NCBI GenBank assembly: GCA_963716725.1
Contig: CAVQUB010000030.1
Span: forward strand, 32,001-96,000
Source: an uncultured delta proteobacterium
Lineage (GTDB): Bacteria > Myxococcota_A > Polyangia > Polyangiales > Polyangiaceae
Reading direction: 5' to 3'
DNA: 64,000 nt
Positions 56,765 to 64,000 of this stretch are shown here, in pieces (the stretch's first letter is position 1; each line of letters opens with the position of its first letter). The position numbers and the translations under genes are program-made. The notes under the pieces were generated by a model. The model had not been told where the DNA came from. It was given only the letters and a program-made list of their open reading frames with translations, and ran no database searches.

Positions 56765-57706
56765 TCAGCCCGCCGACTTCTTGACGACGTCGACGACGCC
56801 TTGAACGCTGGCCGCGCTCTTGGCGAGCATGCCCTTCTCTTCGTCGTTCAGCGGGATCTCGAGGATCTTCTCCACGCCGCCGGCGCCGATCACCACCGGC
56901 ACGCCCATGTAGAGATCCTTGTAGCCATACTCGCCGTTCAAGTAGGCGGCGCAGGGCAAGAGGCGCTTCTGGTCGCCCAGGTACGCCTCGGCCATGGCGA
57001 TGGCGGCTGCGGCCGGCGCGTAGTAGGCGCTGGTCCCCATCAGGCCGACGATCTCGCCGCCACCCTTGCGAGTGCGGTCGATAATCGAGGCCAGCTTGTC
57101 TTTGGCGATCAGCTGGGGCACGGGCACTCCGCTGATGGTGCAATGCGAGAGCACCGGCACCATGTCGTCGCCGTGGCCTCCAAGGACCATGGCGCGGATG
57201 TCTTTGATGCTCGCGTTCATCTCACGCGCCAAGAACAGCGTGAATCGCGCGCTGTCGAGTACGCCGGCCATTCCGGCGACCTTCTCGGCGGCGAAGCCCG
57301 TGCGGCGCTTGAATTCGTAGACCATCGCGTCGAGCGGGTTCGAGATCACGATCACGAACGCGTTGGGGCAGTGTTTCTTGGCGTTGTCGGCCACGTCCCG
57401 GATGATCGGCAGGTTGACGCCCACCAGGTCGTCACGGCTCTGCCCGGGCTTGCGAGGGATGCCCGCGGTGATGATCATGACGTCGGCGCCGGCGCAGTCT
57501 TCCCACTTGCCGGTGCCCACGACGCGGACGTCGCCGCCATTCATCGACGAACTCTGCTCGAGATCCAGGGCCTTGCCCTTGGCAAAGCTCTCTTTGGCCG
57601 GGATGTCGAAGAGCACGACGTCGCCGAGTTGTTTCGTGACGCACAGGTTGGCGAGTTCGCCGCCGATGTTGCCTGCGCCGATGAGCGCAATCTTCTTCCT
57701 TGCCAT
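56765..57706 (-). CDS. mdh: malate dehydrogenase (LDH-like)
   Basis: IGAGNIG, TAGIPRKPGQSRDDL, SNPLD, LDSARF, GGHGD, RKGGGEIV. Confidence 0.96.
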   Translation of the reverse strand: MARKKIALIGAGNIGGELANLCVTKQLGDVVLFDIPAKESFAKGKALDLEQSSSMNGGDVRVVGTGKWEDCAGADVMIITAGIPRKPGQSRDDLVGVNLPIIRDVADNAKKHCPNAFVIVISNPLDAMVYEFKRRTGFAAEKVAGMAGVLDSARFTLFLAREMNASIKDIRAMVLGGHGDDMVPVLSHCTISGVPVPQLIAKDKLASIIDRTRKGGGEIVGLMGTSAYYAPAAAAIAMAEAYLGDQKRLLPCAAYLNGEYGYKDLYMGVPVVIGAGGVEKILEIPLNDEEKGMLAKSAASVQGVVDVVKKSAG

Positions 57707-57853
57707 GTGACGTGACCTTTCTAGTTGACGAGTGGCGGCTCCCACCCCCGGCGAGCGCGGCGCGGCAGACTTAGCTCGACGCTTCGCCGGCCGCAATCGC
57801 GGCAGAACGCGCCAGCTTTGCGTGACATTGCCGAGACGGGTACTCTTTCGTGG

Positions 57854-59488
57854 ATGCGGCGCTGCTCGGCGATCTTTGCCTGCCTGATCGCGGCCTTCAC
57901 CGCAGCTCTGGCGTGCAGCATCGAGCAGACCGGCGCGAGCCGACCCGACGCCGGCACTGCCAGCGGCGGCAGCGACGGCGGCCAGGTCATCAGCACCGGG
58001 ACCTGCTTCCCGGGCGCCAAGGCCTGCCCGGACACCACGGGCGAGTTGGTGTGCGAGGACGCGAACGACCCGGCGAGCGGGTGCAAGGGCTCGACCGCGT
58101 GCGCGCCCTGCGTGCTGCCCCACGCCCAGGCCAAGTGTTCCGACCCGCTGGGCTGCGACATTGGCGCTTGCGATTCAGGGTGGAACGACTGCAATACCGA
58201 CCCCAGCGACGGCTGCGAGACGAGTCTGCAGAACGATCCACTGAACTGTGGCGCATGCGGCACGGATTGCTCGGCGGGACCGATCCCCGGCGCCGTGTGC
58301 ATCGAGGGCGCCTGCGTCGAGAACCCCTGCTCCCCTCCCACCACGGGCAACTGCGACAAGAACCCGGCAAACGGCTGCGAGGTCGATCTGACCTCGGACC
58401 TGAACAACTGCTCGTTCTGCGGCAACAACTGCGTGCTGCCTCACGCGACGAGCAAATGCGAAGCGGAGCCGAGCGGTTCTCCCGTCGCGCGCTGCGCGGT
58501 GGACAAGTGCGACGCGGGTTGGTTCGACTGCGACGGCAAGGCCGCGAATGGCTGCGAGAGCAGCGCGAGCACGGATCCCTCGAGCTGCGGCGGCTGCGGC
58601 AAGAAGTGCAACTCGACCAACGGTACCGCCGGCTGCGTCAACGGCGTGTGCGACCTGCTCTGCAACACGGGATTTGGCAACTGCGACAATGACAAGGACA
58701 ACGGCTGCGAGACGGATCTGAGCGCGCACGTCTCCCACTGTGGCGCCTGCGGGAACGCCTGCTCGGCGACGAATGGAACGCCGACCTGCGTGGGCGGCAA
58801 GTGCGCCACGGGTGGCTGCACCGCGGGATGGGCCGACTGCGACGCGGTGCCCGGCTGCGAGACGGACACAAACACCGATCCCAAGCACTGCGGCGCTTGC
58901 GGCAAGAACTGCCCAGGGACGGCCAACGGCTTTGCGACCTGCGCGGCTGGTGCCTGCGGGCTCGGTTGTTCGGCGGGATTCTCGACCTGCGGGACGGGGA
59001 CCACGTGTTTCGACACCACCACCGATGCCACCCACTGCGGAGCCAGCTGCACCGCCTGTCCGGGACCGGCCAGCGGCAGTGGTGCCGCGGCGTGTCAGGG
59101 TGGCAGTTGCAGCATCACGTGCGCCAGCGGCCTCACCAAATGCGGCACGCGCTGCGTCGACCTTCAGACGACTGCCGACAGCTGCGGAGTCTGCGGCAAG
59201 GTGTGCACGGCGGCCCTCGGTGGGACCGCCAGCTGCGTCGCCGGTCAATGTGTCGCATCGTGTCCGACCAATGTCGCGGTGTGCAACGACCAGTGTGTGG
59301 ACGTCTATACGAACTCGAGCCACTGCGGCCAGTGCAACAAGAAGTGCGGGACGAACCAGAAGTGCGAGAGTGGGAGCTGCGCGTGCCAGTGGTCCTCGGC
59401 GAAGAACTGCGGCACTTACTGCGCGCTTTGCTGCAAGAACCAGGACTGCGGCGGCAACAGCAAGTGCTACTTCGGGCTTTGCGTGTAG
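57854..59488 (+). CDS. Cys-rich repeat lipoprotein (Stig1-like 'D..NCG.CG..C' repeats)
   Basis: AALAC lipobox; repeated DGCE...D..(N/H)CG.CG..C units. Confidence 0.88.
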   Translation: MRRCSAIFACLIAAFTAALACSIEQTGASRPDAGTASGGSDGGQVISTGTCFPGAKACPDTTGELVCEDANDPASGCKGSTACAPCVLPHAQAKCSDPLGCDIGACDSGWNDCNTDPSDGCETSLQNDPLNCGACGTDCSAGPIPGAVCIEGACVENPCSPPTTGNCDKNPANGCEVDLTSDLNNCSFCGNNCVLPHATSKCEAEPSGSPVARCAVDKCDAGWFDCDGKAANGCESSASTDPSSCGGCGKKCNSTNGTAGCVNGVCDLLCNTGFGNCDNDKDNGCETDLSAHVSHCGACGNACSATNGTPTCVGGKCATGGCTAGWADCDAVPGCETDTNTDPKHCGACGKNCPGTANGFATCAAGACGLGCSAGFSTCGTGTTCFDTTTDATHCGASCTACPGPASGSGAAACQGGSCSITCASGLTKCGTRCVDLQTTADSCGVCGKVCTAALGGTASCVAGQCVASCPTNVAVCNDQCVDVYTNSSHCGQCNKKCGTNQKCESGSCACQWSSAKNCGTYCALCCKNQDCGGNSKCYFGLCV

Positions 59489-59497
59489 CCGCGGCGT

Positions 59498-60784
59498 TCA
59501 GCGCCGGTACGTCGCAGGGTCGATCCCGAAGCGCTTGAAGGACTCGTAGACGGTGGCCCGGCGCATGCCAAGGGCGCTGGCGACGTGGGTGACGTTGCCG
59601 GCGTGCTGGGTCAAAGCGTCGCGCAGTCGGGCTTCCTCGGACCCGGGGCTCTCGGCCGCGGTCCCCCCGCGGCTGCCGATCAGGATGTCCTCAGCGTCGA
59701 TGCGCAGCGACTGGCGCGCCTCGACCCGGGCCGTCGCGGCGGCGATGACGTTGCGGAGCTCGCGCACGTTGCCGGGCCAGCCGTGCAGCATCAGCTTCTC
59801 GATGGCGCGGGCGGTGAAACACTGATCGGAGCGAATGAAGCGCTGGGCGAGCGGCGCGATGTCCTCGCGGCGCGCGCAGAGCGGGGGGAGCGACACGCGC
59901 CCGGTTGCGATGCGGTGAAACAGATCGGCTCGGAACTCGCCTTGCTCGATCATGCGATCGAGATCGCGGTTGGTCGCCGCGATCACCCGCACGTCGACCC
60001 GGGTCGGCTGGTCTTCACCGACCGCGCGGACCTCGCCGGTCTCGAGCACGCGCAGGAGCTTGGCCTGGGCCGCCAGCGGCAGGTCGCCGATCTCGTCCAG
60101 GAAGAGCGTACCGCCATCAGCGGTCCGGAACAGGCCCCTGCGGGGGCCGGCGGACGAAGAAAACGCTCCGCGCGAGTGGCCGAAGAGCTCGGACTCGACG
60201 AGCTCGCTGGGCAGGGCCGCGCAGTTGATCGCGCACAGCTCGCCCCGGCGACTGCTGCCGCGGTGGATGGCCTGCGCCACCAGCTCCTTGCCAGTGCCAG
60301 TCTCGCCCTCGACCAGCACCGGGACGCGGCTCGGACCGACCACGGCGATCACCTGCCTCGTCTCGTCGAGAGAGGGCCCGCCGACCAGCAGCGGGTCGTC
60401 GTTCGCTTCGCGCAGGTACGGATGCACGTTGGCCACGACGATGAGCACGGTGCGGCCCACCCGGACGATCGAGCCGACCTTGGCAAGGGCACCGGCTGAG
60501 CTCAGCGGCGCGCCGTCCAAGAACGTGCCGTTGCGGCTGTCGAGATCGGTCACCAACACGCCGGCGCCTCCCGGCAGGAACTCGGCGTGACAGCGCGAGG
60601 CCTTGCCGTCGTCCACTGAAAGCTCGAGGGCGGGCTCGCGGCCGATCCGCACTCGCGCCTCGACCGCGACCGCACGGAGGGCCGGCACGCCTTCGCTGAA
60701 TGCAACGACGACCCCAACCGCGGGTCTAGCATTGGAGAGCTCGGGCAAGTCGAGCGCCGTGTGAGTGTCGGTCCGTTCGCTCAT
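59498..60784 (-). CDS. FHA-domain sigma54-dependent enhancer-binding protein
   Basis: FHA GR...SR.H...DLDSRNGT; GETGTGKE, LFLDEIG, FRADLFHR, WPGNVREL; Fis-type HTH; GAFTGA loop reads GAFSSS. Confidence 0.93.
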   Translation of the reverse strand: MSERTDTHTALDLPELSNARPAVGVVVAFSEGVPALRAVAVEARVRIGREPALELSVDDGKASRCHAEFLPGGAGVLVTDLDSRNGTFLDGAPLSSAGALAKVGSIVRVGRTVLIVVANVHPYLREANDDPLLVGGPSLDETRQVIAVVGPSRVPVLVEGETGTGKELVAQAIHRGSSRRGELCAINCAALPSELVESELFGHSRGAFSSSAGPRRGLFRTADGGTLFLDEIGDLPLAAQAKLLRVLETGEVRAVGEDQPTRVDVRVIAATNRDLDRMIEQGEFRADLFHRIATGRVSLPPLCARREDIAPLAQRFIRSDQCFTARAIEKLMLHGWPGNVRELRNVIAAATARVEARQSLRIDAEDILIGSRGGTAAESPGSEEARLRDALTQHAGNVTHVASALGMRRATVYESFKRFGIDPATYRR

Positions 60785-60916
60785 TCGCTGTCCGAGTGTA
60801 CGGACAGTGTTCGTACACCAAAACCTCCAGGAAAACCGGGCATTGCTCCGCCCTGGGCGCGAAGCGGGCGGACGGCTGTCCGCCAGAAAGCTCGGAAAAC
60901 CTCCGGTCACGGGCGA

Positions 60917-60932
60917 TGGCACGCCGGTTGCT
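60917..60932 (+). promoter_or_regulatory. sigma54 -24/-12 promoter of the 60968 gene
   Basis: TGGCACGCCGGTTGCT matches TGGCACG-N4-TTGC(A/T); GGAGG SD and ATG follow. Confidence 0.9.
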
Positions 60933-60967
60933 CTTGGTGAGTCACCCGCTCGCCTTGGAGGAAACAG

Positions 60968-62299
60968 ATGATCGCTCGCGTCTTCTCGTTCGCTACCCTC
61001 GCTGTGTTGTCAGGCCTCGCGCTCGCCGTGGGTTGCGCCGCTGCCAGCTCCGGCGACGGGGTCGCGACCAACGAGAGCAGTACGATGTCGCCGCTGAACG
61101 ACAGCTGCACGCCGGGCGCCAGCGCCGCATGCACCGTTCCGGATGCGGAGGGCTGCGGGGCCGGCGAGCGATACTGTAACTCCCAGGGCAAGTGGGGCGC
61201 CTGCCAGCCCGCACTGCCCGCCGAGGAGCAGTGCGGCGACGGAGTGGACAACGACTGCGACGGCGTGATCGACAACGCCTGCCTGCAGGGCGGCGGAGGC
61301 GAAGGAGGCAGCGCGTCGGACGGCGGTGGGGGCTACGGCGGCGGGGGACCGTGTCCTCCGAATCAGGTGGTTTCGTGCACCACCGAGTGCGGCTCGACTG
61401 GCGACACCTTCTGCCGACCGGACGGCAAACCCGAGAAGTGCGCGCCTCCCGAGGAGCTGTGTGGCAACGGGAAGGACGATGACTGCGACGGCGTGGCCGA
61501 CGAAGACTGCGGCGACACCTTCGATTGCAGCGATCTCGAGCCGCACAACTGCAACGGCAATCTCGGCTACGGCGACAAATGCAGCGTGAAAGACAACGTC
61601 AACGGCTGCGCCTGGGACTGGTTCCAGGCGTGGTGTCACCGTCGGGACGAAGCCAACAGCGGCCCGCAAAACTGGGACGACGCCGTCAAGAAGTGGGTCG
61701 AGTCCAAATGTGACGGCAAGGTCAGCATGAGCGGAAACACGTTCCAGTGCACCGACTCCAAGGGGAGGACATGGAAGTGCTCGACTCCCCTGGTGTTGTC
61801 TTTCGACGGAGCACCGGCGGACTTCGCGCCCGCGGCGGGCAGCTTCGACCTGGATCGCTCCGAGGCCAGCATCCAGAGCGATTGGCCCACGGCCCGGACG
61901 CCTTGGCTCGCCCTGGACCGCAACGGCAACGGTCGCGTCGACGATGGCGGCGAGCTCTTCGGCTCCGGTACCACGCTCTTGGACGGGACTCGGGCCGACA
62001 ACGGCTTCTTCGCTCTGCGGGAGCTCGATGCCAACCGCGACGGCGCCATCACGGCGGACGACCCAGCCTACGCTTCGCTCGTGCTCTGGGCGGACTCGAA
62101 TCGCGACCGTGAGTCGCAGCCGACCGAACTCGCGTCGCTCGCGTCTAGGGGTGTTCACCGCATCGAACTCGGCTACCGACAGCAACCGCGCTGCGACGCC
62201 CGTGGTAACTGCGAGATCGAGCGCTCCGTGATGGTGTTCGAGGAGCGAGGAGCTCCTCGCATGGGCCAGGTCGTCGACCTGCACTTGATGCAACGTTGA
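60968..62299 (+). CDS. lipoprotein with Cys-rich (E.C.G.D.DCDG..D) repeats and C-terminal FrpC self-processing-module-like Ca-binding domain
   Basis: LAVGC lipobox; CGDGVDNDCDG, CGNGKDDDCDG; TPLVL, WLALDRNGNG..DDG.ELFG, NGF.AL..LDAN.DG.I. Confidence 0.82.
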   Translation: MIARVFSFATLAVLSGLALAVGCAAASSGDGVATNESSTMSPLNDSCTPGASAACTVPDAEGCGAGERYCNSQGKWGACQPALPAEEQCGDGVDNDCDGVIDNACLQGGGGEGGSASDGGGGYGGGGPCPPNQVVSCTTECGSTGDTFCRPDGKPEKCAPPEELCGNGKDDDCDGVADEDCGDTFDCSDLEPHNCNGNLGYGDKCSVKDNVNGCAWDWFQAWCHRRDEANSGPQNWDDAVKKWVESKCDGKVSMSGNTFQCTDSKGRTWKCSTPLVLSFDGAPADFAPAAGSFDLDRSEASIQSDWPTARTPWLALDRNGNGRVDDGGELFGSGTTLLDGTRADNGFFALRELDANRDGAITADDPAYASLVLWADSNRDRESQPTELASLASRGVHRIELGYRQQPRCDARGNCEIERSVMVFEERGAPRMGQVVDLHLMQR

Positions 62300-62320
62300 C
62301 GGCCGTCGCGTTCGGCTGAC

Positions 62321-62821
62321 CTACCGCACGAGGGTTGCGAGCTCGGTGCTCGCTTCGTCGATACTGAAGGACAGCGCCGCCGGATCTCCCGTACGCAGCC
62401 CGCGCGCGGGCACCGAACAGAGCGCCGGCTCTTGGAGCGCTTCGAGCCGCGCAAAAGCGTCCGGCGGACCGCTGTGGTGACCGTTCGCGTCGAGGAGCGA
62501 CACGCCGAGGTCGATGGGCAGCTCCGGAGTCGGACCGCCGCGCTTGAGCAACAGAGTGAGCTGCAAGGTCGGTCCCGCTCGGCGAACCGTCACGTCGAGG
62601 GCGCGCACCAGGCGGTCCAGTCGCTCCTGGCGGTTGGCGCCCGCCAAGGGCGTGCCGACGATGGCGGGGTTCTCCACCGGCTCGGGCCAAGTCGGATCCG
62701 AGTCCTCGGGCTCACGCACCACCGACTTTCCGCACGCGGCGCAGGTGTCCCGCTTCAGGTCCAAACGCTGACCGCAGCCCACGCAAACGACGCTGGGTGG
62801 AGGGAGTGCCCCGTGACTCAC
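62321..62821 (-). CDS. hypothetical protein with N-terminal zinc ribbon
   Basis: CVGC...CAAC. Confidence 0.6.
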   Translation of the reverse strand: MSHGALPPPSVVCVGCGQRLDLKRDTCAACGKSVVREPEDSDPTWPEPVENPAIVGTPLAGANRQERLDRLVRALDVTVRRAGPTLQLTLLLKRGGPTPELPIDLGVSLLDANGHHSGPPDAFARLEALQEPALCSVPARGLRTGDPAALSFSIDEASTELATLVR

Positions 62822-62954
62822 GTGCCGGGGACCCTAGAGCAACTTCAGACGCGATGGAACCGTGGCAGCCCAGGAGCCCAGCGCCGGTGAGGCGCCGGAA
62901 CTCCCGAACAATCTCTGGGAGCCGGTGTGCGCGAAGGTGCGCGACGCCGCTCGC

Positions 62955-63056
62955 TCACATGTGCTCGATCATCGCGCCGGCGAACTCCGAGCACTTCACT
63001 TCCTTCGCGCCTTCCAGTAGGCGCGCGAAGTCGTAGGTGACCGTCTTGGCGCCGAA
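62955..63056 (-). pseudogene. icd: orphan 3' end of isocitrate dehydrogenase (icd remnant)
   Basis: [33 protein letters not shown], preceded by an in-frame TGA (63057-63059); matches the C-terminus of E. coli-type NADP-IDH. Confidence 0.88.
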
Positions 63057-63140
63057 TCAGCCGGTCGGTCGCGGCAAGAACGCTGACCCCGAGCCGATCC
63101 GAATCGGCTCATCGAGCGACGAACGGGGCAGGAGGCGCGC

Positions 63141-64000
63141 ATGGCAGCGATGGCTGAACGGTATGGGTGTGCACGGCGTGCGGGGTCGGTGGCAGCGGCG
63201 GGGCTCGCCCTGGTGGGGGTCTCCGGCTGTCTCGACCGGCCTCTTTCCACCACCGAGCCCCAGACCAGCAACGTCGTCGTGAGACAGCTCGCGCAGCAGC
63301 CGCCGAGCAAGATCGACGTGCTGTTCATGATCGACAATTCGCAGTCGATGGCCGACAAACAGGCGCTGCTCGCCGGCGCCGTGCCGGCGTTGGTGCGCCG
63401 GCTCGTGGCGCCGCGCTGCGTGGATGAAAAGGGCAATTCGCTCGGCAGCAGCCACCCATGCCCAGCGGGTGAGCCCGAGTTCCGGCCGGTCGACGACATT
63501 CACGTGGGAGTGCTGAGCTCGAGCTTGGGCGGGCACGGATCTGCGATCTGCACTCCGAGCTGGAGCGAGTGGCACCCGTCGCAGGATCAGTCGGCGCGCT
63601 TGCTCGCGCCGCACCTCGAATGGAGCCCCGCCCAGAGCTCCGACGACCCGAGCGCGTTCATCGGCAGCTTCGCCAGTCAGGTGCACGCCGCAGGCGACGA
63701 CGGATGCGGCTACGAGGCATCGCTCGAGTCCTGGTATCGGTTCTTGATCGATCCAGAGCCGCCGGCGAAGATCAGCGTCAAAGATGGCGTCACCGTCGCC
63801 GAGGGTGTCGACGAGGTGCTCATGGCGCAGCGCAGGGACTTCCTGCGCCCCGACTCTTTGCTCCTGATTGTCATGCTGAGTGACGAAAACGACTGCTCCA
63901 TCGTCGACCACGGCCAGTCCTGGTACGTGGCCCAGCAAGAACTCGACCTGTACCGTGGGACGCAGACCTGCGCGACCGATCCCCACAGCCCGTGCTGCCG
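63141..64000 (+). CDS. myxobacterial vWA-like lipoprotein (partial, runs off the window)
   Basis: GGAGG SD; LVGVSGC lipobox; KIDVLFMIDNSQSM (DxSxS), GCGYEASLE, FLRPD.LL..V.LSDENDCS. Confidence 0.82.
   Translation, partial: MAAMAERYGCARRAGSVAAAGLALVGVSGCLDRPLSTTEPQTSNVVVRQLAQQPPSKIDVLFMIDNSQSMADKQALLAGAVPALVRRLVAPRCVDEKGNSLGSSHPCPAGEPEFRPVDDIHVGVLSSSLGGHGSAICTPSWSEWHPSQDQSARLLAPHLEWSPAQSSDDPSAFIGSFASQVHAAGDDGCGYEASLESWYRFLIDPEPPAKISVKDGVTVAEGVDEVLMAQRRDFLRPDSLLLIVMLSDENDCSIVDHGQSWYVAQQELDLYRGTQTCATDPHSPCC

Noticed and set aside
57854..59488. Cys-rich repeat protein as a novel system
   Set aside because: Such repeat lipoproteins are abundant in myxobacteria and nothing here distinguishes this copy

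Overview
High-GC window with the hallmarks of a myxobacterium (Myxococcota, probably Polyangiaceae-like): MYXO-CTERM sorting tails, an FHA-sigma54 activator, a Hanks kinase and many Gly/Cys-rich lipoproteins. Housekeeping genes (proS, dapD/dapE, ndk, sucCD, mdh, cls, glgX, fdhD, sulfite reductase, trans-sulfuration enzyme) alternate with accessory secreted-protein genes and several gene scraps. I saw no rRNA, tRNA, CRISPR array, transposase or integrase. Most notable: (1) a Zn-phospholipase-C-like ORF with an INTERNAL MYXO-CTERM whose basic tail runs directly into a second lipoprotein signal, a possible two-product polyprotein; (2) a lower-GC, translationally coupled 4-gene cassette (trypsin-like/TSP3 protein plus three lipoproteins) between two broken genes; (3) an orphan 3' end of icd, the classic scar of integration into icd; (4) an orphan, back-to-back HxsB/HxsC-like radical SAM pair and a separate small protein with repeated PCL motifs; (5) many TANNNT boxes 6-9 nt before start codons, suggesting widespread leaderless transcription; (6) an AckA-PduL fusion with no microcompartment genes. 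All calls come from reading motifs by eye; no database searches were run.
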